Notes: generated by a model from the letters alone, not told the origin. Shown: positions 13,441 through 26,728, numbered from the stretch's first letter. The stretch: DNA of 64,000 nt from Tubiluchus corallicola (GCA_030141605.1 JAQGDQ010000230.1:186001-250000); one strand, 5' to 3'. Program-made: numbers and translations.

Positions 13441-15059
13441 TGCTACTATTGTATCAGTGGCGCCATTACAAATTGGACGCGAAGCGTTTAACTTATTATG
13501 ACCTTCTACTAAAACGATCATAAATCAATGCTTAGGTTATTGTGTTTGTTAAATTATGCAGGCGTAATGGGAGCAAAATAGCTCACAGGGTGCAAGAAAG
13601 GGTTGCCAACGTTGGACTAAGCTGAACTATTGCGAAGCATTATGTTTGTGCAATTGCATTAGACGTAGTATACATATTACAAGATATGAGGGCTTAAACT
13701 ACTGTTTCCTTATTAGGCGTACTAGAGAACTAAATTTAGCGTAAGTGATTTGTTTCTGCAAGGCGCTATCACGTGCCAGCTTCCTGAAAGTCATTGAGAA
13801 GTTTATTAAAAATGGCGAATTTATACGTGAAAAATTGATGAAGCAAGCCTTGAGTTTATTGCAAATACGCCGTAAATAAATCAGCAAGCAAGCAAACAAG
13901 TAAAGGAACAAAAAATAAAACAAACAAGCCATCATTGTGATTCTTACATATAATGCTTTTCTGTACTATGAGTTATGTGAAAAATAAAAAATAAAAATAA
14001 ATTAACAGAACTTGATATATCTTGTACTAATGTTTGTTACATATTTCATGACTCAATTTTTGCATATTTCCAAGAAAACGGGATCGTGCCATTTTGCCCG
14101 ATCATATATAAAATAACTAATATAATAATCTTAACCACAATAGCATAAGTTTAATTACTTTGTCACGTGCTAACACATTGTTTTAACAAGGTACGAGATG
14201 TGTAATTTTATTGACATATGAAATTTAAAGATGACGCATTGTCACATTAAGTTACAAAAATTTAATACACATTAAATTCTGAGAAATTAACGTTCATTTG
14301 TGTGGATTTGATCTGAATTTTTGTGCGACAAGAGTTCGAGATGGATCCAAAGCGAGAATAAAGACGAAAATCCGTGCATTTATAAATTTATAAACGAAAT
14401 AAAAACCATAACACTAAAGGAAATTTTTAAAACCATTAAAAATATATAAGGTATTGTGAATATCAACTGTTTTTGTGCTCTTTCTAATTTGGTACCAGTG
14501 CTGTATTTTTATTGTCGAAATGCTTTTCAAGCCACTGTTTTATTTACAGCATCACGTTCATTTGGTACGCATCTGCGATAGGGTATAGTCAGAATTCAGA
14601 GTAACAATAGACTGCGTGCTCTAGTAGACGTTCATTGAACGCTGGAGTAGAGAGTACGCCCTCCTGACTCAAATGAGCAAGCTACTCGTGGGAAGTTTAG
14701 AAGAGTGCAATATATAAAAGAAGGTGTGAGGGTGAACGATAGAAAGAAAGAGATAGAGGAAGATGGAGAAGGGGTTGAGATTTGTCAGCTTGACTAGCTT
14801 CTTACATGTGCCTGCTTATGCACTGTTTATCACAGTTACAAATACGCAAAGGTGTTCCATCTTCGATATTTTAAATTAAATTTAATTTTGTTTCAACTTT
14901 ATTTATTTAAAGTGGATCTACAAAAGACAAAGACACAGACAAAGATTCACTTACCCGTTGTTCATTTAACAGAGAACATTAGCACTAACTACAACTACAG
15001 GACTACACAACAAGCAGAAACTACAACTACAGACAACTTCTGATACAGATATCTCCACA

Positions 15060-15480
15060 GTACTAAGTGCAAGGTGTTATAAAAAAGTATAATGTATCTA
15101 ACACTTTATTTCATTGGATCAGTTACAATCCGGATATAATTCTTAGACTTGTATAGATAAATATTACAAGCTAATATTTAAGATAACATTCACAAGGTTC
15201 ACAAGATAACATTTAAATAACAACAGTAATACAGTAATAAGAATCCATTTACAAAATAAGTTGGTTGACAAGTGACTAATCGTCTAATAGTAAATTTCTG
15301 TTGTATTGTAAAGGTAGATGTTGATTTAATAAACTGCTGTAATAAATTGTGGAGAGTGAAGCAAGACTGATAGCCAGTTTTACATTTTTCGAATACATTT
15401 CTGTATAATTACAGAATTATAATTTCATAAAGATTCACGTTTTATAATCTGGTGGTTGAGTAGGTGGTCTAATAATGCCG
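15060..15480 (-). mobile_element. possible decayed 3' end of an L2/CR1-type LINE
   Basis: minus strand TYSTTR ... HNLLQQFIKSTSTFTIQQK loosely resembles the HxYxTR...WNxLPxxIKxxxSxxxFK terminus of these ORF2s, followed by an AT-rich tail with AATAAA; weak. Confidence 0.25.
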
Positions 15481-17335
15481 CTTTGGCTCTATCCTAAGCG
15501 CATTCGAAAAAGTAATGCTAAGAACTCTCTGTGCGTTCACCACAGCTACAGTTGGGATCGTCATTTAAGATTCTAATAAAAAGGTCTCCTTTCATCTGAG
15601 AAAAAATTGTAATACATCATGTAATATAATTATATAATTTTTAATTTCTACGTTTTTAAAAATACGTTTTATGCGTTCTTAAATACATAAATTTTGGCGA
15701 AGTAAAAAAATCCTATTAAATGACCTTGAACGTTTTTGACGTAGACGGTATATTTCTATTCACTTCTTATATGAATTAAAAAGCTCGTTGGTAAGTCAAC
15801 CTCGAACGACATTAATAATGGTAGGAGAACCGCCCTAACCCCAGCAAAACGCCCAGCACCGGAATAAAAATCTTTGGCTTTTTATACTTCCTCAAAACAG
15901 CGTGAAAATTTTACTTTTTGTTAGCCAAGTACACCGCGTCTGTGTTGGAATTCGACTGGAAAAGCTTTGAGAGGGTTGCGACCAAGAGCTGCATTCTTAC
16001 ATTCAACGTGTGGTATAAAATTATACGTAATAAATGACATCGTTTGTAACGGTGTGCTACGAATACGGGGCCATTTGCAAATGCTGATGCATCATTAATG
16101 CATTCTCATTTTTTAAACATTTAATAAAAATGTAATTTTATAAAATGCCTAATAAATAGCTTGTGTGAAAATCGCTGATTCGTAAGTGAATCAGACTTCA
16201 ATGGGCAAGTCAATGAAGTCTCCTCCTCTAAGTAAACGTAAAGATGCAGAGGCGGGGAAAATAGCAGTGTGGTCATGATATGTACTAGCGACTGAAGTTA
16301 GGCAACGCGGAGCTTAATCATTTAATAGACAAATGACTGTTACGAAGATGTAATTCGGAAATTTCTTCTGCCATCATGCTCCTAACATGGCAATTTACCT
16401 TATTAAATTACGATTGTCTGAACATGGCATGCCTATTCAGTGTTTCGTCTTAGAAGATTACCTTTGATAATAAGTGCATGACGGTCCCACTACAATCATT
16501 TTCAAATATTGGCCCTCACGCAACAAAATCTATTTTAGTTAGTCATGTTTTTCATTTTAGCTGTTTTAATATAAAAGTAACTCCCAAATAAATATGTAAC
16601 GTTAGAACGGCCGAATATCAAAACGCTCATAAAAATCGTCACACGTTCAAAAATCTTTTAGTTTGCAATTAACTACGCGTGATAAGTGTCTATGCTTCCA
16701 TTTGCATTTTTAAAATGTGAAATCAATGCACCTAAGCTGCGCTAATGTGGCCGATCGTTCTTTGTCCACTTTTCAATTTGAAAACATGATGCTTTGACCA
16801 AAGGTCTTTTGATCGTCCTTCGGCGGGAAGCCACTTTTGAGTGTTAACCTAGCTAGTGCTCAGCCAGTCGATAACTCTGCGTTGCTGGGAAATCCGGAAG
16901 TTCCTTTATCCGGATTTTATACAGTTAGTCTCGTTATAAAATCCTCTTATGTCAGTTAGTCAATCTCATTTATGCCACAGTTACTATAGTTGTTAAACAT
17001 TATTGCTTCACAAGTTTACTTGGAAGATGAGCACGAGTTTTCTCTGTATTACGGGAGCATTGGCAAATATTTATTTCTCCTCTTATACTAGTCTTCAACT
17101 GTTAAATTAGCAAAGTTTAAATCAACAGGGAAAGTACTCGGACTCGTAGAGATTGCAGACGACGGTTTTCCCGCCTTTCACGCAACTGTTTACTCTGAGC
17201 TACGAGGCGGAAAAGCTTTGGCAAACATCATTATGAATAACTGCGTTATGCAAAAGAGGTACTAGCTAGGCTAACGAAAAAGCATTAAACCTCACAAATT
17301 TTATAACAAACCCGTTGTGCACATGCTTAAGTATG

Positions 17336-17715
17336 TACACTACACTACACTACACTACACTACACTACACTACACTACACTACACTACACTACACTACAC
17401 TACACTACACTACACTACGCTACGCTACACTACACTACACTACACTACACTACACTACACTACACTACACTACACTACACTACACTACACTACACTACAC
17501 TACACTATACCACATTACACTATATTAAGCTACACCACACTACACTACACTATACTACACTACACTACACTACACTACACTACACTACACTACACTACAC
17601 TACACTACACTACACTACACTACACTACACTACACTACACTACACTACACTGCACCGCAGTGCACAGTTCTGCACAGCACTACACTGCATTGCAGTAAAC
17701 TACACTACACTGCAC
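17336..17715. repeat. (TACAC)n pentanucleotide microsatellite
   Basis: seen directly; degenerates to TGCAC units at the right end. Confidence 0.98.
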
Positions 17716-19498
17716 TAAAGAAATTGCGATATTGCAAAAATAGCAATTTATAATCTAATTTATTCTAATTTAATGTCTTCTAATTAAATTTTCTGCACAC
17801 TGTACATCGGAAATTTAACAGATTTTCACTCTCTGACCAAAACGAGAAACACGCGGTTACAGTCAAAAGAGTGGCGATGATGTTGCTGATGTTATCTCAG
17901 CTATTTTTCCTTTAAAACCACTCGCAGCTCGTGCGAGCTGTATGGCGGCTAGGTGGAGTACAATTTGTCAAAATCACTCAAAAGGTGTTTTATGGCACCG
18001 CTGTCACATTCAATTACTGTTCATAGATTGTTCTCTCGCTGATCTAACTATGTCCGCGGGCATCAGGGGCAAGCAGCCGTATAACCGGCGATTGTTGTGC
18101 GTAATGGATCCCCTAAATAAAGGCGGGTAGCCCACCACGTCGGGATTCAGAATGGGCAAGTTACATAAAAATAATTATTTGTAACCCAGCCCTATAAAGT
18201 TAAGATTTTAGGTGCTTTTTATTCTAATTAGCAATAGTTGAAGTTAAAGGCTAATTATAAATATAGCTGATCAAAGTTTAGCGTTAATCCTATGCCCACA
18301 GTTTTCATCCATTTGTTTGAAAATCATTGTCCATTGATCCCATTGCCAACCTCAAAACAATCAATACAACTTTTTTCTAAGCATATTTTTTCAAATTTTA
18401 ATCACAGCACATGTATATTATTTTCCTGTAGCTTTGACAGATTAGTAACCGGTTTTGTTACATAATTTTGAAAATGTTCACACTTTTTCCACCTTATTTT
18501 TTTCCACGTTGGTGCCATTGTTAACTGGTTGCTGGGTAGCCTATTGGCTGCTGATGCAGTCACATTCACACGGTCACATTTCCATAATTCTTCTCAGTTC
18601 AGAGACATGCTCCTTTATGCAACACATTTATTATTGCTTAGAAATGGATTCATTCCCGTAAACTGGTTGCGCTAGCATTTCCTCACTTACTATGAATAAG
18701 TTTTTACAGTTTTAATGCCACCGTGACACGTAAAAACGGCCGTCGCCTCGTCCACTCACCCAGTGGGGTGCTAAAAAGAAATTTCTTAGTCATTTTGACA
18801 AAAAGCGGCGGATATGAGACATTTCCTGCCCTCAGAAATGTCGTTCTAGTGTTTAATTCTTGTGCATCAATTCATGGCGGGGTAGCTTTTATTGCTGTGC
18901 AATTGATGAAACTGTTTAGAATAGTAAAATTCAACCAATACTTAGATAGTAACTCACTTGTGCAACCCCAACTAGGCTTAAAATTAAATAGAAATGAAAT
19001 ATTTTCCTTAGAAACTTAATTTTTTTATATACTGGGTCGCACATTCAACTATAAGTACAGTGACTACAAGTTAATGGACAATCATGTTATCATTTTAGCA
19101 TACATTAAAGACGTTCATAACGGATTCGTTCACCAGTGTCTACAGAGATATCAGCATAGTAGTCTATATGTTTTAGATAGTCACTAAAAAGTCATATTTC
19201 TGTCATTCGTGCGTTTATTCGAGTTTTACTTTTCTCCATAACAAAGTGCTTTCTGTTAGTTTTTGATTCAGCCTACATCGGTTTGATAAATGCATAATGT
19301 GCCCCGTGTTTGTCCTGAGTTGTTGAAGAATCCGGAGCTACTCTCCCCATTCATCTAAATTCTGGTATATAGAAATATAATAAGAAGTATATAGTATCTT
19401 ATAGAAGTATATAAGCCGACATCAAAAGACCCCAAAGCTGTCACTGTCAATATCCTGTGCCTAAGTTCTATGTTCAATAATTTTTTAAAAAATTGTAT

Positions 19499-19777
<279 letters not shown>

Positions 19778-19850
19778 CTTTATTTAAACTCGGCTTTTGG
19801 ATCAAACTGTACATTTACACCGACTGTAAATAACAAATCTACATCTACAT

Positions 19851-19891
19851 AGCAGAGACGGAAAGCGGACGCTTTACCACTATACTAAACC
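19851..19891 (-). other. tRNA-like 5' half relic (possible SINE head fragment)
   Basis: minus strand GGTTTAGTATAGTGGTAAAGCGTCCGCTTTCCG resembles a tRNA D-arm/A-box; no T-arm/B-box follows. Confidence 0.3.
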
Positions 19892-22800
19892 TATAAGAAA
19901 ATTAAAATCGCTTTCGTAGTTGAATGCTGCATAACCTAGATGCTTGTATTCTTTTTCCAGCTACAATAATATCATATCACAAATGTGAAACAGTTTCATA
20001 AGGAAAAATTGCTATTCATGCTACCTAAAAACACCATTTTGCTTCAGTGCTCTGCACAATGTTTACACGTCTCATTAACCTGACAATTTATTTAATCTTA
20101 TACGGTGTAATGACTATCTAGACTTGAAGATTATATCAGCCACACGTCTTATCGTAAGTTTTAAATCAATTCGACTAACAATTTCAATTACAGGGGTCAA
20201 TAACGCCTCGCGTGCAACCCTTTGATCAGTGTTCTAAACAACAAACTTGTAACTTGTGCCTCACCAAGATCTGCATCTAACAAGTGCTCTCCACATTTTG
20301 ACGGAGGGAGTTAAGTTGTTGGAGAGTTGTGCACAACTTTGGGAAGCAATGGCGTGGAAGGGAAAAGCGACTCGAGTGTTTTTCTTCTTCGACAATAAGC
20401 GCAAGTTTTTCCACGATGCAGAACTCAAGTAGCGTGGTGATGGTGTTGAAAGACGGGACGGAATGCCGTCTCTGGTCAAGAGGATCAAAATGCCCCGGGG
20501 TCATTAGATGTATGCGCGAATCAATAATTTGGCTAATCTCAGTTGCTAGCACGATAAGTTTTAAAATTGGTGACCAGCAATTTTTACGCTGATTTAATTC
20601 ATTAATTCTTTTTCTTTATTTTTGTACATATTCCCCATAATAGATTAGCCCTTCGCTGAATTTGCACAAAGCTTCTGGCTCTGGGCGTTATTTTCTTACT
20701 TCTTTGCTCAGTCTGTGACCGACGTGGCAGGAACAACTATTAAAAATATTTTGTTGCTTTTTGGAAACAAAAACCAGTAAATGAAAATTTAAACAGTAGA
20801 CGCACCGCAATCACAACTTTCTGTTTACTTTTAATTTTATTTTCGAAAAATAAATTTAAAAAGCATTGTTACATTCGTGCACTCGACTACTCAAATGTTT
20901 ATTTCACGCGATTCTCAGTAGTTGTCACTTTTCGTACAGCCTATGCCAATCGACTTTCATTTTAAATGATAAGCGTATGAAGCTATTTTGTACAACTGAA
21001 TTACTTCATTACATACGCGCTACGTAACCGTAAAAACCAGTACTTTTGAAGAAATGAATAAACTGTTCATATTAACCAGAAACTTCATTTTCCATAATTA
21101 TTTTGGCAAATTCAGAATAGTCATGCACACATAGGTGTATATGTGGATATACAGATAGGCAGGGATAGATAGGAATTTTAGACAGACACACATGTAGAGT
21201 TATAAATAAGCAGGCGGGCCGACAGGTAAGTAGGTAAACTAGTTTGCAAATAGGCTGCCAGATAAGCAAAAAGACCGGCGGATAGACCATTTTAGGAATT
21301 TTTGCATCAAACATTGTCGTAATCGAAATCGTCGTCGTCGTTGTCGTTATCATTATCGTCTCATCATCATTGTCGTTGTAATTATCTTCATCATCGTCAC
21401 TGCGATATCATCATTGTTACTCTTATCATCGTCATCATCATTACTAACGTATATTTTACTTTTTCTTTTTCTTGTTTTAGTGTTTTCGTTCATTCGATAA
21501 ACAGCGCCGTCGCCGTGCTTTTATCGTTTACCTGACTTTTGTTTTACCCGTTAAATGCTTAACGTTAAACGTGTGCCTCTCCCTAAATTCTAATAATACA
21601 CCTGTGCTATTTCTGATTGCAAAATAATGCCTACTTGGCAATTTTCTCGCCAACTTGCCAAATTTCGCCCACCGATGTGGCGCCTGGTCTTGCTTACTCT
21701 CCCTTATTTGCCTGTTCCATTATATAAACATCCTCATTATTGCCCGGCTCATGGTTATTAGCTTTGTTATGTAATAATGCAAAGATTAGACCGGAATCCC
21801 GTCCCAGCCAAGACGCAACTGTTTGCAGAATTAAGGTAATGTTTGTGAACCATTAATCAGGAGGACATGCCAGTAGAAAGTCATGCCTTCAGATATCGGA
21901 AGCCGTTTTCCACCTTCCAACTGAAACAAAAGCTTGCTTTCCTTGGCTATCACCTTGAAATACCACAACTTGTATAGAAAAATGTACATCCAGTAATGAG
22001 ATACATTCCATACATACAAAGTTAAATATGTAAGCATATTACGTAAGTATAGATAAGTATACTACAAATTTAAGAGTGCTTTGTTCTTCCTTTTGTTACT
22101 ACCCTTTTAATTCAACATTAAAAGACATTTTCAGTTCCTACTACCAGCATACAGTTTGCGCAGAAATTCAGTGTATAAAATTTACAGGTATTGTCGATTG
22201 GACTGGATATTAAGGAATGGATGTATTTATTAAAGCTAGCTTAATTCGCAGCTTCTGAGTGAATAGAGCGCTGGTAATTAATGACAGGGCTACTAATGAG
22301 GTAATAATATACATATAAATATGCAGCAGATGTAGCGTTAAGGCTGAAATGTACCAACAGATTTTATCCCTTAGGCGGAGAATGCGAAGCTCTGAATGGT
22401 GAACGTAATTGAAGGTTAATCTAATAGGAACAGTTAAAGGCAATCGTCGGTTAGCAGTTTGTATGACCGCCCAGGTGCAGCTATGGCAGCGGAAGGAGGA
22501 AGCAAAGACAACAAGAAAATAGTGAAACTGAGACAGATTGGTGTCATTTAAAGCACAGAAAATTATTATTTTAGTTATACAAATCCTATTTGAATCATAA
22601 GGACAGAGAGATCGAGAGGGGATTGAGAGAGCAAAGACAAAAAATGTGACTTCTCCCTAGACGTTAATCACTTGTTTTTATCTCGAACTTTTTCCACATT
22701 TGCGTTCTTGAGAAAGCATTTCATTGAATTTATTGGTTGAAGTTTACGGCTTCAATTTTCTGAGATTTTCTTAGCAGACGAATACATTATTAATAAAACA

Positions 22801-23261
22801 ACGTCGGCGAGTTCATCTGTACAAAGCTGTGTATAGCATTCATCAACACGATAATCGCCAGTCTCCATTACAGGTGTGTTAAACAACTCACCTCCCATCT
22901 GTTACCTGTATTATTTTGTCTGATTGCGCAACAATCGCTTGTGTTAAAGAGGCATTCAGCGCCTCCTGCTAATCCTGTGCTCCTGTTGAGAGGTGAGAGC
23001 AACCGAAGGTTTGTGTAGCCTTTTCGCACCTTCTCATGACAAGGAAAGAGAAGAGGGAGGTGTAAAGTTAGTAAGAGAGATAGCAGGGGCCTGAATTAAT
23101 GATGTCAACTATGTACATAATAAGGAGTTTATAAATAAGAAAGGGGTTAAAAACATTTATTGTCATAGCAAAACACATGCAGTTTAAACAAAATGAACAA
23201 ATAAAGGTTCAATAAGAAGATTAAATGACATCATGTCATAGATAAGAAATAACCTGATCGC

Positions 23262-23373
<112 letters not shown>

Positions 23374-24118
23374 TTCTTTTTTTTACATTTCTGCAAATAC
23401 ACAAACACCTCGCAAGATGCTACCATAGAGTTTCATAAACAAACAACAATCTCCGAGTGTTCAAGTTCAATATTTCAGGTCTAGGAAGCATAAACCTATG
23501 TACAAAGCGAGAAGCTAATAAACACAACAAGAACAATATCACAACACAACCTGAACAACAGTGGCACGCTTCTCAACAGGCACTTGTCAAATCTAGTTTA
23601 GAGATAAAGCTTTTTTGCTCCACGGATAGACGGACTTCCTCTTAATCAACTTTACGTTTTTGCATCGCTGAGTTTAACGCTCAAGTGAAAAATTCCAATT
23701 GGAGTAAAGTGAGTCCAAAATTAATTTTAAGTAGAAATGAAAGCAAATGTTTCTAGTGTTATGAAGTTATAAAGGATTTTTTAATTTAAGGGTTATTAGA
23801 AAACATTTCGCTTAAAAAGTTAGTAAATATTACAAAAAGTCCGCCACGTCTGTGCAGCTTTGTTTCGTTGTAAAAGGAGTGTTCGTTACTTTATGGTTTT
23901 TGACGTCACGATCAATACCGCTTGGGAGGCCAGGGTTTTATGGTTCTCCGTTTGTCAGTTTCTTATTGAACAAGCTAAGTTATCTCCACCTTTTTACAAA
24001 TGCACTCTTCCGCTTGTCTGGACTCTTCAACGTTTCTCCATTACCCTTACACCTTCAGTAGCGGTCAGCTATTATTACCCAACAGCGGACAATAGCCGTG
24101 AATGGGACATCGGCACTG

Positions 24119-24213
24119 ATTGGCTGCAGCTCAGCAGCCGGGCGGGGCTTGTTGTCAGTGGATAGGCGCTCATTTACATGGGACGCGGTATATAGTTATT
24201 TGCTGAGGGTCAA
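24119..24213 (+). promoter_or_regulatory. putative proximal promoter of FoxA copy 1
   Basis: reverse CCAAT ATTGGCTGC 24119-24127, GC box GGGCGGGG 24140-24147, GATAGGC 24161-24167, CATTTACATG 24171-24180, TATATA 24189-24194, TTATTTGC-tga-GGGTCAA 24196-24213; all but the TATA recur upstream of copy 2. Confidence 0.75.
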
Positions 24214-24542
24214 TTGACAGGGCTTGTGTAGCTGCGTTAGGATACACTAGCCGCTGTTTGGTCTGTGCATTTAAAACTTTTTACTAGTGAAATTTTTTCT
24301 CGGCCTGTGCGCCGTCGTTTCTCAATGATCGTAGCGTGGTTTCTTCTCCAGGTGTCATCAGCTGTTTTTGACAGACGTTCAGTGCGCGGCTCTTATCAGT
24401 GAACTGTGACCTCTCGTACGAATTACGCTGAGTTCAAGTACAATAAACATTTATAATTACATGATCGGTTGCCGTGATTGAATTCTTCGTTGGCGGTTTT
24501 AATATTTTTAATATTTGAATATCGACTGAACAGGCTCGTACA

Positions 24543-25811
24543 ATGTTGACTCATAGATCGTATTCACCGCCATCATCCATGACGGGCAATGTTCCTCCAA
24601 TGTCAATGATGACGAGTATGGCCAGTGCCAACTACAATCCACAAGGTTACGCTCCTGCAAGTCACATGGGAATGGGTTCCATGGCTTCTATGAATGGTAT
24701 TGGTGTTCCAGGGGGCATGTCTATGAACATGGGTGCACAACTGCAGAGTCAAATGCCAAATCTGACTGCATACCCGCCGCCAATGGGACACTCGATGTCA
24801 GGTATGAACAATATGGGAACACTACCAAATCATCAAGCCTACCAGGGTCTCACATCGTCAGGTATTGAACCAGTAGGGGCTTCAGAACTGGTTAGGGCAA
24901 GAGAAAAGACCTATAGGCGAGCTTATACACATGCTAAACCACCCTATTCCTACATATCTTTGATTACCATGGCTATCCAACAAAGTCCCAGCAAAATGCT
25001 GACACTGAGTGAGGTGTATCAGTTCATTATGGACTTATTTCCATTTTACCGACAGAATCAACAGCGCTGGCAAAATTCAATTCGCCATAGTTTGTCATTT
25101 AATGACTGTTTTGTGAAAGTGCCCCGTACACCGGACAAGCCCGGCAAGGGCAGCTTTTGGACTTTGCATCCTGATGCTGGAAACATGTTTGAAAATGGCT
25201 GCTACCTCCGACGACAGAAAAGATTCAAATGTGAGCGTCGAAGGGCAGAAAAAGAGAAGCAAAAAATCCTGGGAAAAGCGCAAAGAAACTCCGAGGAGCC
25301 GACGGCCAATCATTCGACTAGCGCGTCTGGTGGCGCTGGTGACAATGCCAACGCTACAGGTACCTCCCTGACGCCCATAGACAGCACTGTGCTGCAACCA
25401 AAGTTAGAAAATCCAGATCCTCGAGTGAGTCCAAGAGGTTACCAAGAATACCGGCGTCCTGTGGACAGTTCTAACGTTCTAAACAGAGACATGAACGCGG
25501 AGAACGCCCACGCACCGCAGAGTTTGTCGCATCACCACCACCAGCTCCCTCCACGATCTTTGGACGATCCTCTACAGCATCAAGGTATTTCTCCGGACAT
25601 GTACAAACATCCAAATTTCAGCCATCCCTTTTCCATAAATAACATTATATCACACGAAGGAAAATATGAAAATCTCTCTCCCTATTCGGCCGGCTATGGT
25701 AATTTGACATCACCCACTCAAATGAAAGATGTGCAGAATATGATGCCAGCTGATATGAATGCGTATTATCATAGTGGATACCCGCTCCACGTTACATCCG
25801 ACGGTATGTAA
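24543..25811 (+). CDS. FoxA: FoxA (HNF3/fork head) transcription factor, tandem copy 1, 422 aa, uninterrupted ORF
   Basis: FoxA-diagnostic forkhead domain [23 protein letters not shown]...[58 protein letters not shown] (H..K core at 24930-25229); Met/Gly/Ser-rich N-terminus; C-terminal eh1-type motif [12 protein letters not shown]; N-terminus aligns from Met with copy 2. Confidence 0.98.
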   Translation: MLTHRSYSPPSSMTGNVPPMSMMTSMASANYNPQGYAPASHMGMGSMASMNGIGVPGGMSMNMGAQLQSQMPNLTAYPPPMGHSMSGMNNMGTLPNHQAYQGLTSSGIEPVGASELVRAREKTYRRAYTHAKPPYSYISLITMAIQQSPSKMLTLSEVYQFIMDLFPFYRQNQQRWQNSIRHSLSFNDCFVKVPRTPDKPGKGSFWTLHPDAGNMFENGCYLRRQKRFKCERRRAEKEKQKILGKAQRNSEEPTANHSTSASGGAGDNANATGTSLTPIDSTVLQPKLENPDPRVSPRGYQEYRRPVDSSNVLNRDMNAENAHAPQSLSHHHHQLPPRSLDDPLQHQGISPDMYKHPNFSHPFSINNIISHEGKYENLSPYSAGYGNLTSPTQMKDVQNMMPADMNAYYHSGYPLHVTSDGM

Positions 25812-25996
25812 ATAGCGTTACCGTTTTTGCTGTTTTCATCCAAAGAAACTTTTTGGTTAATTTCGAAGTTTCGAAATGTTTAAGAAAGTAAAAGCAAAAT
25901 GGATTGAACTATTTAGAGAAGCAGTTTAGAAACATTCTAAAGGTGAAGTGTTCGCCTTGAAAACTCTGTGGTAATTTTCTTATTTTTCAATAGAAA

Positions 25997-26002
25997 AATA
26001 AA
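25997..26002 (+). terminator. candidate polyadenylation signal of FoxA copy 1
   Basis: first AATAAA after the stop codon, followed by T-rich sequence at ~26048-26078. Confidence 0.5.
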
Positions 26003-26193
26003 TTTAACCTACAAGAAAAGCTGCTTATCTGCCTCGAAAATCGTGAACTTTATTTTTCGAGTGATTTCTTTTTTATTTCGCAGTAAGAAACATAACTTGA
26101 ATATCAAACTTTGATCCAAGACAACGTTTTGAGCCCAGCCTTCTGGGCAAAGTCTACCCTTCATTTGAGTGCATGTTTGTTACGAGCTCTCTC

Positions 26194-26338
26194 ATTGGCT
26201 GCTCGCGTTTCAGGTGAGATCAATGTCGTCTGCTAGCCGTGCAAGCCGGATTCTGGTTTGATAGGCAGTTTGTGCATTTACATGTGTACAAAGCCAGGGG
26301 CGTGTTCTAACTGTTTAATCTTATTTGCCGTGGGTCAA
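26194..26338 (+). promoter_or_regulatory. putative proximal promoter of FoxA copy 2
   Basis: ATTGGCTGC 26194-26202, GATAGGC 26260-26266, CATTTACATG 26275-26284, GC-box-like GGGGCGTG 26297-26304, TTATTTGC-cgt-GGGTCAA 26321-26338; the four shared words are colinear with the copy-1 promoter. Confidence 0.75.
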
Positions 26339-26728
26339 CCATTACCGTTTACATTACTCCACACGGATCTCGTTCTACTGTACGTGTTTTGCATCCCCGC
26401 TTCTTAACTTTGACTCAATTTATGAACTTTTTAGCACCACGTGAACGTTGTTTTGAAACTCTAATTTTATTCTGTTGCGAAAAAAACTTCTCACAAACAC
26501 GAGGTACGTTATTAAATTAATCGAACTGCATGTGTTAAGAATATGAAATGGACAAGCTGAAACAACCATAAACTTTGTTAGTAACACGGTTCTTAGGTTT
26601 TAGTGAGCTCTTGTTAATCTTTGGTTGGATGACGACACGTGAAATTCTATGCTTGTTGAGAATTCATGCTTGACTTCGTGGTGCTAATTGAAAGTTGCTA
26701 TACTGTTTAACAAACACGTACCTTAACA

